The translations under genes were made by a program, and so were the position numbers. A DNA stretch of 64,000 bases from Naegleria gruberi. Lineage: Eukaryota. Of this stretch, positions 53,801 through 64,000 are shown piece by piece (position 1 is the stretch's first letter; every line of letters begins with the position of its first letter). The notes below the pieces were generated by a model that ran no database searches, was not told the origin of the DNA, and saw only the letters and a program-made list of their open reading frames with translations. Location: assembly GCA_000004985.1 (NCBI GenBank), contig GG738850.1, one strand, 5' to 3'.

Positions 53801-55505
53801 TACTACTGCTGTTGAATTACAACAACCATCAATTGTTATTGAAAATAGTGATGATGATAAACAATTAATTGTAAATAATGAAAAAGTACCTTTACAATCA
53901 TTAACAGTATACTCACATAATAATATTGGTGTTAGTGATTCATCAGATGAATTCCAAATTATTGTTGAAGATTTAACAATGAATGAACATGAAATTGAAA
54001 CTATTAATAATATTGATAATACTGATAATATGAGTGATAATATTTCAAATAGATCTTTATCTCAACAATATTTAACTAATGATGATGATATGAATGATAT
54101 GAATGATAATCAACCATCTCAACAATATGATTCAACAAGTGAATTATTAGTGAATCAAAAAACTCATCAACATGATTCAATTGATATTCAAATTGAACCA
54201 CCATTAAATGATGAACATTCCAATGAAATGGAAATTGATTATTCCTATAATACATCAAATCCAATTCAAAGTCAAGGATATTATACTAGTTATCAAATAA
54301 TACCCAACTTGAAACCATCTATTGTAATAGATAATGGATCAGGTATATTAAAATCAGGATTTGCTAATCAAGATTTTCCAATTTGTGTTTTTAATAACAT
54401 GATTGGTCGATTGAAACAATATTCAGCAACGAGAGGTGTTGGAATTGGAGGAATGAGTGGAATGGGTGGAATTGGAGATCAAGGTAAAAAATTATATTTT
54501 GGAGATGGAGCTCAATCATTGAGAGGTGTTTTACAATTATCATATCCAGTTGAAAGAGGAATTGTAAAGAATTTTGATGATTTTGAAATGATGTTACAAT
54601 ATACTCAAGATTGTTTAAAATTGGAAACATTTAGTGAAAATCCATTATTAATAACTGAATCAACAATTAATCCAAAACAAAATAGAGAAAGAATTACACA
54701 AATGATGTTTGAAACATTTGATGTACCATATCTATATATGGCTAAATCACCTGTTTTATCTTTATTTGCACATGGTTATACAACTGGTTTAGTTTTAGAT
54801 TCAGGTGATGGTGTTACACATACTGTTCCAATTTATGAAGGTTATTCTTTACCACATGCTGTTCAAAGATTAGAACTTGCAGGTAAAGATTTAACAAATT
54901 ACATGTTAAATTTATTGAATCAATCTGGTCAATCAAAACCATTTCAATCTCAAAATTCTTCATCTCATATTGAAATTGTTAGATGTTTAAAAGAAGATTT
55001 ATCTTTTGTTAAATCATTTAATGATTCACATAATTCATCATCATCAAATACTATTAACAATAATAATTCTTCATCATTACAAGTTAATTATGATTTACCA
55101 GATGGTACAAGTATTAAAGTTGGAGAGGAAAGATTTAAATGTCCAGAATTATTATTTAATCCATCAATTGTTAATGGAGGAAGTGAAATGTTGGGAGTTC
55201 ATGAATTATGTAAAAAAACAATTTATGAATGTGATATTGATTTGAGAAAGACTTTGGCTTCAAATATTTTCCTTTCAGGTGGTTCAACTAAATTTAATGG
55301 ATTTCAATCAAGATTACAAGATGAAATACAAAATTTATTACCTTATTCTAATAAGGTTAAAGTTAAAGGTTCGAAAGATGTTCAATTTTTACCATGGATT
55401 GGTGGTTCAATCATTTCAAAGATTTCACGTTTCCCTTACGATTGTATTAGTAGACAAGAATATGAAGAAACAGGTCCATATTATTGTCATGTTAAATTTA
55501 TGTAA
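50863..55505 (+). CDS. Protein of about 1500 aa with three PH domains, long Asn-rich linkers and a C-terminal actin-fold (actin/Arp-like) domain
   Basis: Exons are 50863..50880 (MSQPSP), 50940..51267 and 51337..55505. Introns are 59 nt (GTAAGT..AATAAAG) and 69 nt (GTTTGT..AAATAG). PH domain 1 is split by intron 2 (GEGEFKVII…LSTFTFKTRHVQLRTNELLIYAVK|…LIKAIVSKDTLYKNCIRIETQDKIVHIQIDSEDTRQKWLKSI). PH 2 is LKQGYLLKAGPNSHQPWKKRYCVLTESCEFRYMSK…SWLNSLEQ. PH 3 is KTGYLMKERTTNHWNKRFITLTESNELKYYGKN…ELDHWIQIISKYG. The C-terminal 390 aa are actin-like: IVIDNGSGILKSGFAN, LDSGDGVTHTVPIYEGYSLPHAVQRLELAGKDLT, IKVGEERFKCPELLFNPS, FLSGGSTKFNGFQSRLQDEI and WIGGSIISKIS…ISRQEYEETGP. Confidence 0.6.
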
Positions 55506-55536
55506 ATAATAAATTCAAATAATAATAAAGTGAATA

Positions 55537-56838
55537 TTATTCCCATTCAGCATTTGTTTCCACTGCCCATTCATCCACAGTTGCTGTTTCACAAGTTATA
55601 ACAGATGGTGCAATCACTGAAATACTTCCTGTTATTACATTCTCTGCAATTTTAAATATATGAATAGAACCATCTGAACATCCAACAAATAATTGACTTC
55701 CATCATTGGACCAAATTAATGATTTTGGATTTTGAGCTTCCTTCTTTCTATTATTGAATGATTTTGAATTATTTTTTCCAATTAATTGATGATGAACTAT
55801 TGTTTTACTCTCCAAATCAATAGTACATAATATTCCATTACTTTGAAGCAATGATAACCAATATCTATTAGGTGAATAACACATATCTATACATGTAACA
55901 GGTTTAGTTTCTTTTTTTCCTTCTTCTGAATTTCCATAATAATCATATAAATTAGTATCATAACTATTTTTCAAACAACAATCATATAAATGTTTAAATT
56001 CACAAGGTTGTGTTGTTACTATAACTTCAATTAATTCAACCTTATTCAATGAACCAGCCAATGAAAAGAAACTTCCATCTGGTGTTAATAAAAATTTCTC
56101 ACCATCAAATTTTCCTTCCAAATTTGCTTGTGAAATTAATTTTGATTGATTTTCAACTTGCCACAATTTCATACAACCATCACTATTACCTAATGAAACA
56201 AATTGATAATTATCTGAAATTGGAGTTTCATTTTCACTAATTATACTATTACCATTTTCATCAAGAATAGCTTGAGTTTGACCTGCCCAATTTTTAATAA
56301 ATCTAACCATTTTAACAATATCTGAATGTGAATCTTTAGAATTTGAATTCAACTTTTTCAAACATTGACCACCACTAACACTCCACAATCTCATTGTATT
56401 ATCTCTTGATGATGATATAATTAGAGAACCATCTAATGAACAATCAATTGATAAAACACTATCTAAATGTCCATTTAATACTTTTTTACATTCAAATGTT
56501 TGCCAATTCCAAATTCTAATACTACCATCATTATAACTTGATATTATTGATTCACCACATATTGTTAGACATATATCTGTTAATTTAATTTCACTACTTT
56601 TAGACCAATTCGTTAATTGTCCTCTCATGACAAGTAATGTTTTTAAAGAATTATTATTATTATCATCAGTGGTAGTAGTAGTAGATGTTTGTATAATATC
56701 CCATAGCGTTATAATAGGATGATTTTTACTTGCTGTAACAAGTACATTATCATGTTTAGGAATAACATGAATAAAATCGATGGAGGAATTTTCAAGCCTT
56801 GTCAATGCTCTATGAAATTCAATACCAGTAGATGACAT
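55537..56838 (-). CDS. WD40-repeat protein
   Basis: 433-aa ORF with ATG at 56838. WD blades include SYNDGSIRIWNWQTFECKKVLNGHLDSVLSIDCSLDGSLIISSSRDNTMRLWSV and GCSDGSIHIFKI. Confidence 0.6.
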   Translation of the reverse strand: MSSTGIEFHRALTRLENSSIDFIHVIPKHDNVLVTASKNHPIITLWDIIQTSTTTTTDDNNNNSLKTLLVMRGQLTNWSKSSEIKLTDICLTICGESIISSYNDGSIRIWNWQTFECKKVLNGHLDSVLSIDCSLDGSLIISSSRDNTMRLWSVSGGQCLKKLNSNSKDSHSDIVKMVRFIKNWAGQTQAILDENGNSIISENETPISDNYQFVSLGNSDGCMKLWQVENQSKLISQANLEGKFDGEKFLLTPDGSFFSLAGSLNKVELIEVIVTTQPCEFKHLYDCCLKNSYDTNLYDYYGNSEEGKKETKPVTCIDMCYSPNRYWLSLLQSNGILCTIDLESKTIVHHQLIGKNNSKSFNNRKKEAQNPKSLIWSNDGSQLFVGCSDGSIHIFKIAENVITGSISVIAPSVITCETATVDEWAVETNAEWE

Positions 56839-57071
56839 TTTTTTTCAACAGTGATTTTCACCTGATGCTTACTTCAATAATCGGAAGTTACGGAAACTTA
56901 ACGAAATCATTACAATAATAATATTACTCTAAATCTACTGGTTCCAAGTTTTCTAGAAATGGAACGTTGGGGAAGTAGTTTCTAATTTCTAAAATTGCGC
57001 ATTTTTTTTCAATTCCTTATTATCAACAAGCCTTAAAAAAACGATTACATCAAATAATAAAAATAATAACA

Positions 57072-57845
57072 ATGGGAGTTAGAAATAGTAGACCTGATAT
57101 TCCAAAACTTCCAATGGAAATGTTGGAAGAATTAGCTGAATCGTATGTATGATTGCGATTATATTGTCATCATCTTTTAATATTTAATTTTGGATTAAAA
57201 GTGTATATTTTGATGAAAATGAAATTGAAGAGTAAGCATCATCATGATGAATCTTATTAGTAGTATATACTATTATTGTATAGTCATTATATTTATTTTT
57301 GTACACAATTTCATGCTAGAATAGATCAATTTGTAAATATGGCTCAAGTGAGCAATATCACGGCACTTCGATATAATCCATTCAAGAAGAATATTGTGGA
57401 ATTATTTTGTTGTACGTTCATCATTTAATCATCACAATTAAGGAAGTCTTATATTATCATCACAATGTATTTCATCAAAATAGCTGATCCAGAATCAGGA
57501 TCAATGAGTTTTAGAGACTTTTTAGAAATGTGTTCAGTCTTTTCAAGAAAGGCTCCAAGAGAAGCTAAAATTGTTGTAATTTATTTATTATTTACATCAT
57601 CATCAATGGATAATTTAATTAGACAATCGGATGTTGAGAATGTTCTTGCTAGATTTGTAGGTGAACAAATGAAAACAAGTTCAGATATTAAGGATCAAAA
57701 AGATATTACATCTATTGCAGGTGCTGCTGATTGTGTCATGAGAGAGGCTGATATTGATAACAGTGGTGAAGTATCATATAAGGAATTTCAAAGATTGTGT
57801 TTGCAATTTAAGGATTTTGATAAATATACCTTTACAGTTTTATAA
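57072..57845 (+). CDS. N-myristoylated EF-hand protein of the calcineurin-B / CHP (calcineurin B homologous protein) family
   Basis: Three exons: 57072..57142, 57320..57411 and 57484..57845. Introns are 177 nt (GTATGT..GCTAG) and 72 nt (GTACGT..AAATAG). The N-terminus MGVRNS fits the MGxxxS myristoylation consensus. The EF-hands are degenerate except the C-terminal canonical loop DIDNSGEVSYKEF. The 166-aa product parallels CHP1/CNB. Confidence 0.55.
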
Positions 57846-58086
57846 TATTACACAAACAATTCAAAATAACAACTAGTTTATATTTTGGCGCCAAAGCAGT
57901 TACAGTTTTAATTTTAAAAAAAAGCATCACTAGCAGTTATAAAAAAATGTTTGCAAAATGTAAGGCTATTTTATTATTGAAAATATGAACGTTGAAATCG
58001 TGATCATCGTGATCATCACAATAAATTCTTAATAACAACAACAATACATCATTAAAGTTAGAGGACGATCGAAAAGAAATGAGGAT

Positions 58087-60170
58087 ATGTTAGGTGAGGA
58101 ATCTGGAGAAGTCTTCGGAAAGGATCTTAGAGAGAGGATTGATGAAGAACGTAAAATATATCAAGATCCTTCAATAATGATACCAACAATTGTAAAATTT
58201 CTAGTCGATTTCTTACGGGAAGCTCCTCCTAGACAGGGAATATTTAGAGAAGTTGGAAGTGTATTAAATGTTTCGAATTATCGTTCGAAGGTTAATGAAT
58301 ATGGTACAAGTAAGTTTTAAAGCCTTTAACGATTTAAAATTGAATGATAAAAAGAACCTGTTGATTATCGATCATTATTTAAACATGAATTGACACCAAA
58401 TGATGCTTCATCACTTTTAAAATCATATTTTAGATATTTACCTGAACCACTTGTAACATTTAATGGTTATGACAGACTTGTTGTTATTGGACGTATGTAT
58501 TTTGAATTGATTTAAATATTTTTAATTTACAAATATAGAAACTGAATTGGATGATAAAAATAGAATTTCCAAATTAAAAACAATGGTAGAAGGATTACCA
58601 ACAGTTAATTATGAAACATTAAAATATTTCATAGATTTATTATTTGGAATATCAACAAGAGGAGTATATAATATGGATGCAAATAATTTAGCAGTTTGTT
58701 TAAATCCATCAATTTGTTTTGCTAAAGATAAAGAATCATCAGAATCATTTTTAAATTTAAATTATGTCATTACATCACTATCTTCAATGATTAAGAACTA
58801 TCCACAAATATTTGATCAAAATATTAAGAATGATCAACAACAAGAACCAATAAGTGAACCTAAAGTAATTGTTGAAAAGAAAGTAACACCACCACCTTCA
58901 CCTAAACTTGTAAAACCACAAACTCAACAAACTCAACATATTACTAATAGAACACCTTCTAAATTAATAGATAAAGGAACATCAACACCAAAATATAAAA
59001 GTTTTGATGAAGATTTTCAAGATACAATATTACAAGAATTAGATAGATTAGATTCAAAAATAGATTTCAGAGAAACTGAATTGGAATTAGAAAGAGATTT
59101 AAGAAAGAGTGGTAGAATGGATGATTATGGTTATAAAACATTTTTAGATACAAAAAAACTTAATACAAGTGAAATGTTTAAAGAATTAGAACAAGCTGAA
59201 TCAACTGAAACATTAGGTGAAGATGATGATTTACTTTTAAAGAGAAGAAATTTTCATTCTAATTTATCAATTATTTTACCAGAGAATGAACAAGATTCAT
59301 TTCCTGCACATCCATTACTAGCTTCAACTGCATCACCAATTTCTGTTTCTGCAACAATACCTCAAAATGATCAAGAAACAAAACGATTAATGGAATTAAT
59401 TAGACAATTACAAAATGAAAATTCACAATTAAGAAAGAATCAAACTGAAATGTTCAACACTATTGAAAAATTACAAAATGATGGTGGACAAGCAAAACTA
59501 GGTGATGAAATGGAAAGAGTTAAAGCAATTGCAAATCATGAAATTCAACAAATTAGAAAATATATTTATAATGTTGAAGGTTTGTTAAATTTATTGTCAT
59601 TATGGTTAATTATTTAACATTTATTAATTCTATTATAAAATAGAACAAACAATTGAGGAATTAAAACACATGTGGACTAAAATGGATCATTTAGAAGATG
59701 GAACTAAACAAGCCTTGTTAACATCAGATCCAGGTCATTTTGGAAGACAAATTTCACATTTAAAAGATGAAATTAAAAATATGAAACTTGAAATTCGAGA
59801 TATATATGGCGGATTTGGTGAAATTAATGAAAGAATGAAAAGTATTGAAATAGATTATAGAGAAATTAATTCAAGAATTGATGATGTATTAAAAGAAGAA
59901 CGTTTTATTAAGGCTAGACATGATTATGATCTTGAACATTTAAAACGACTAGTTGAAGAATCAAATTCAAGAATTAGACAAATGGGATTAGAAATTACAA
60001 CAATACGATCAAGAGTTGATTCAAAATATTCGAATTTATCTTCACCAACAATGACTGCAAGTGCTTCAAGTAAATTAGCATCGCCTCAATTTACAACCAC
60101 AGCAAATATGGAACATAGAACAACAAGTCATATTGCTACAAATTTACCAATTTCAAAATATAAATATTAA
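58087..60170 (+). CDS. RhoGAP-domain protein with a C-terminal coiled-coil region
   Basis: Four exons: 58087..58309, 58355..58492, 58539..59579 and 59644..60170. Introns are 45, 46 and 64 nt (GTAAGT/GTATGT/GTTTGT donors), all phase 1. RhoGAP motifs are IPTIVKFLVDFLREAPPRQGIFREVG, LLKSYFRYLPEPLVTF and LLFGISTRGVYNMDANNLAVCLNPSI. The C-terminus is heptad-rich (…LQNENSQLRKNQTEMFNTIEKLQ…, …IKNMKLEIRDIYG…). Confidence 0.65.
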
Positions 60171-60252
60171 TTTATTTGTATATATATACTATACAATACT
60201 AATAATAAATACTAATAAAAACACAACTTCTAGGCTTAATACTAGAAGTTTC

Positions 60253-62195
60253 TTATTTTCTCTTTTTTGTAGGCTTACAGGTATCATTATCAGTACTACT
60301 TGAACTTGTTGCAACAACAGATGATGTTGATTCATATTTTCTTTTCATTGTACTTGGTAATTGAACAATACATGCTAATTTGTTCTTATTGGAATAGTAG
60401 GATGGTATTTTGTAACGTTTCTTTTCATCTTCATCTAGTGTAATATATGGTAAATGAATTGATTTTGAAGGTACAGAGGCTAATTCATGAATCCATATTT
60501 TAATAAATTCACCATTCTTATCATGATCCAAACCTTGTTTAATTGGATTGAAATATCTTGGTCTAAAATCACAACCAATACCAGCTGACCATGCCCAATT
60601 ACCATAATTTGAACAAGAATCTGTTGAATCTAATAATTGTCTTTCAAAATATTCAGCACCCATTCTCCAATCTATTTTCATATCTTTAATTAGAAATGAT
60701 GCAACTACCATTCTACCTCTATTATTCATAAAACCTGTATTTAGTAATTCTCTCATACATGCATCTACAAATGGATATCCTGTTTTACCTTTACACCATT
60801 GTTGAAATCTTTCATTTTTATATTCATTCAATGGTACTTCCCATTCATAATCTAATTCCTTATTAGGTTGTAATGCTTTTTCATAAAAAAATGAATTTCC
60901 CATTTTCCATGCTAAATATTTATAGAAATCTCTCCATAATAATTCACTCACTAATATATTAGCACTTGATTTACTTTTTTCATTACTATTTTTTTGTATT
61001 TCTGTATATATATATCTTGAACTAATACATCCTAATATATATAATAATTATAAAATATTTTTAAATATTACAATAAATTGAAAAAAATTATTATTAATTA
61101 AATAATTAATAAAAAAATTAATAAATTAAATAAAAACATACCATTTGCTAACCAAGGTGATAATTTAGTACTATAATCACCAATATTTCCATTTCTAGTA
61201 GTTGAATAATTTTTTAATTTGTTTTCAATATAAAATTTACATCTTTTTAAGGCTTTATCTTCACCTCCAATAAATTTAACAACACTTCTTTGATCATATT
61301 TAATTTCATTATCAAATTGTGTTTTTTCCATATCTGGATATAAATATTCTTTCATAAATTCATTTACATTTTCTAATTTAGTAATTAAATTACTATTTTT
61401 AGAAAATTGAGAATGAATTTTGTTAATTTCTTCTTCACTTAATAATAATTCTTCATAATCTTCCTTTTCAATTTCATAACATTCAATTTCAATATCTTTT
61501 TCATCAATTGCCTTTTCAATCTTTTTTCTAAATGCAGAAAATACCTAAAATAAAAAAATATTTAAAAATTTAAAAAAATAAAAACATACTTTTGGTATTT
61601 GATTAGGTAAATCAGTATAAGGTAAATCATTTTTATGTATTAAAGTTGAAGACCATTTTTTAATAAAATTAATATTATTTCTATTACAAATATTTTCAAT
61701 TTCCTTTTCAAAATTTTGTTCAAATAAAGTAACTTCACTATTAATATAAATATCACTAAAATTAAAATGTTTAATTAAATTATTTGTAAAATTATTAATT
61801 TTATCAAAATTAAAAGTTTTATCTTGAAAATTAAATTCATTATAAAATTCACAATCAATTAAAATTGAATTATTAAATTTTTTTAATAAATTTAAAATAG
61901 ATTCAGTTATAAATTTAAATCTTTTAGGTCCACATGAATTTGGTATTTTAGAAATACTAAATGGGGAAGGTAATTGTGATTGAGATTTATCAAATATATA
62001 AATAGGTAATAATTTCTTATTTTCTTTTTTAGCTTTTTTAATTGCATAATATAATGCTTCATTATCATGAATTCTTAAATCATTACGAAACCATATACCA
62101 ATTATAGATTCATGAATTTCATTTTTTATTTCATTTTTAAAAGTGGATAAAGTAATAGATTCTGGTGATGATTTAATCTTTGATTTTAGAGACAT
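60253..62195 (-). CDS. DNA photolyase / cryptochrome family flavoprotein (CRY-DASH-like)
   Basis: Three exons on the minus strand: 62195..61590, 61544..61142 and 61031..60253. Introns are 45 nt (GTATGT...TTTTAG, about 95% A+T) and 110 nt (GTATGT..ATATTAG). The N-terminal alpha/beta domain is IIGIWFRNDLRIHDNEALYYA. The FAD-binding domain has GGEDKALKRCKFYI, STKLSPWLANG|GCISSRYIY, LLWRDFYKY, GKTGYPFVDACMRELLNTGFMNNRGRMVVASFLIKDMKIDWRMGAEYFERQLLDSTDSCSNYGNWAW and FNPIKQGLDHDKNGEFIKIWIHEL. Confidence 0.7.
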
Positions 62196-62455
62196 TTTTT
62201 TTTAAAGTTGAAAAGAAGAACATTTATTATCATTGAAGTTTTATGTGATGTAATTGAAGTTTGATGAAATTCAAGTTGTATATTTGAAGTTTATGTTCAA
62301 GTTACTATGAAATTTTTACAATATTGTCAGATTTTGCAATATTTATTAGTATAGTACAATATGATTAAGAATTTAAAAATCAGTTTAAGAAGGGAATATC
62401 CCATATATTCATCATCAATCTGTTGAAAAAATCAACACACAACACTGAAAAAAAA

Positions 62456-63058
62456 ATGTCAATAACCATCAATACATCATTTCTTCAAAGAATAGGAGGA
62501 GCAAGTAATAATTCAACTATCGGAGGTGGTCAATCATATATAAAAAAATCAGTCAATACAGCCATAACACCACATTCAGATGATTCTGCTTCTTTTCATG
62601 ATCCACATTCACCTATTAGTTTACATAGTATTATAAATGATGATAATCATCAGAATCAGAATCATGATAATGAACAATATAATGAAAAGACACCAATATT
62701 ATTATCACAACAATCATATAATGAAAAACAATATTTATTAGAAAATGGTATAAATAATATAAATAATTATATATATGGTAATAATAATTTAAATAATAAT
62801 TTAAATAATGATGAAATAATAGATGAAGAATTAAAAACAATTCAAAACAAATCAACAAAAGAATTACTTTCAAAAATTCATGATAATGATAAATCACTAC
62901 TATTAAAATCATTTCAAGATGAAGAAGCTCCACATAATTTTACTATAATTGTTATCATTTCTGTTGTTATTTTCTTTTTTTTACCTTGTTTGGCTTTTTT
63001 ACCTTATATTTATATGTGTAAATATAAAAATTCAGTTTCAGATATTGGTATGTTTTAA
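62456..63058 (+). CDS. Hypothetical protein of about 200 aa with a C-terminal TM helix (tail-anchored-like)
   Basis: ORF 62423..63058. The first ATG is at 62456 (MSITINTSFLQRIGG…). The body is Asn/His-rich and the C-terminus is …IIVIISVVIFFFLPCLAFLPYIYMCKYK…. Confidence 0.4.
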   Translation: MSITINTSFLQRIGGASNNSTIGGGQSYIKKSVNTAITPHSDDSASFHDPHSPISLHSIINDDNHQNQNHDNEQYNEKTPILLSQQSYNEKQYLLENGINNINNYIYGNNNLNNNLNNDEIIDEELKTIQNKSTKELLSKIHDNDKSLLLKSFQDEEAPHNFTIIVIISVVIFFFLPCLAFLPYIYMCKYKNSVSDIGMF

Positions 63059-63277
63059 TATTTTAAATATTTTTAATATTTTAAATAAAATAATTGGAAA
63101 ATAATTTATTAAAATTTTATATTAGCTAAAGCATATTATAATATATCTAAAGCAATAATAGTAATATTAATATTATTATTAATATTATTAATATGTATAA
63201 TAGCTGTACCATCAAGTATTGGATTTTCAATATTAATGACAATTAAAAAATAATTAAAAAAAATAATTAAAAAATAT

Positions 63278-64000
63278 TTATCTTCTTTTAACTCTAATTG
63301 GTTTTCTATTATTATTTGAACCAGGTGCATTCATAGCAGATGATGGTTGAGCAGAGAATGGATTTGACATTCCACTACCACCACCCATATTCATACCACT
63401 AGATTGATTTAATCCAAATGAAGAGGCTTGTGAAAATGGTGATGAAATTGATGGTGTTACAGGTGTTGATAATCCTCCAAAACTACTTGGAATTGAATTT
63501 GAAAATGAACTTGTACCTAATGGTTGTTGTTGTTGTTGAGATGAAAATGTATTATTATCATTACCTCCACCAAATGAAAAACCACCACCTCCCATACTAT
63601 TATTATTACCTAAACTATTGATAGCAGTAGTAGCAGGAGCACCACCTCCAAATGTAAAACCACCACCACCACTTGGTGTAGTTGTAGCACCACCTCCAAA
63701 TGAAAAACCACCTCCCATACCACCACTACTACTATTAGAATTAGTATTTAATGGAGTTGAAAAATTAAAAGTATTAGATGTTGGTTGACTAGCTGCAGCA
63801 GGTGGTGATGAACTACTATTAAATGCAAAACCACCACCATTACTATTAGTATTTAATGGAGTACTTGCAGTGGTAGTAGTAGCAGGAGCACCACCAAATG
63901 TAAAACCACCTGTTAAAGTAGTTGGTGTTAAATTACTTTCATCAGGTTTAGTATTACCAAATGGTGATTTATCTATTATTGAATCATTAGTTGTTGTTGT
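63278..64000 (-). CDS. FG/GGxFG-repeat low-complexity protein (FG-nucleoporin-like), 3' part. The 5' end lies beyond the window.
   Basis: The minus-strand frame is open to the window end. Repeats are GGGFSFGGGATTT, GGGFTFGGGAPATT, GGGGFSFGGGNDNN and …FGGLSTP…FGLNQSS…. The basic C-terminus is …NNRKPIRVKRR*. The nucleoporin call is inference from composition only. Confidence 0.45.
   Translation of the reverse strand, partial: TTTTNDSIIDKSPFGNTKPDESNLTPTTLTGGFTFGGAPATTTTASTPLNTNSNGGGFAFNSSSSPPAAASQPTSNTFNFSTPLNTNSNSSSGGMGGGFSFGGGATTTPSGGGGFTFGGGAPATTAINSLGNNNSMGGGGFSFGGGNDNNTFSSQQQQQPLGTSSFSNSIPSSFGGLSTPVTPSISSPFSQASSFGLNQSSGMNMGGGSGMSNPFSAQPSSAMNAPGSNNNRKPIRVKRR

Noticed and set aside
1-64000. 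Possibility that the window is a prokaryotic or phage island carrying a defence or novel system (CRISPR, toxin-antitoxin, operons)
   Set aside because: The sequence has GTAAGT...AG spliceosomal introns, a eukaryotic-type tRNA without encoded CCA, poly-N/Q low-complexity proteins, and eukaryote-specific genes (APC/C subunits, sedlin, actin, RhoGAP, F-box, UBX, sirtuin). There are no Shine-Dalgarno-spaced operons, no CRISPR repeats, and no integrase or transposase.

Overview
This window is a eukaryotic nuclear segment, not a prokaryotic or phage locus. It is AT-rich (roughly two-thirds A+T) and densely packed with genes. The codon usage (GGT/GCT/GTT/AGA/CAA), the poly-Asn/Gln/Ser/Thr tracts and the GTAAGT...AG mini-introns suggest a dictyostelid-like amoebozoan, but the taxon call is inference. 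I resolve about 38 protein-coding genes, one tRNA-Lys(CTT), no rRNA, and no recognisable transposon or CRISPR. About 20 genes are spliced. The introns are strikingly small and uniform, mostly 37-70 nt with GTAAGT donors and one TACTAAC branch site; a few reach 80-240 nt. Intergenic spacers are often under 100 nt. One pair of stop codons sits 2 nt apart, another pair overlaps in a TTAA palindrome, a stop lies 5 nt before the next ATG, and two divergent ATGs are 22 nt apart. Recognisable products are propionyl-CoA carboxylase alpha (3' part), two convergent RCC1-repeat proteins, two F-box proteins, an Rce1/CPBP CAAX protease, a TLC-domain protein, APC/C subunits APC2 and APC5, sedlin/TRAPPC2, WD40 proteins, a UBA-UBX protein, a kinase with Sel1 repeats, a PPTC7-like PP2C, an ENPP phosphodiesterase, a beta-helix receptor-like kinase, a sirtuin, a LYS1-type saccharopine dehydrogenase, an EDC4/Ge-1-like WD40 protein, a cytochrome P450, a WRN-like 3'-5' exonuclease that appears frameshifted, a CHP/calcineurin-B-like EF-hand protein, a RhoGAP, a photolyase/cryptochrome and an FG-repeat protein. 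The most unusual item is a roughly 1500-aa protein with three PH domains fused to a C-terminal actin-fold domain. All coordinates were derived by hand from the printed sequence. Exon boundaries may be off by a few nt, and the family assignments rest on motif recognition that I could not check against a database.
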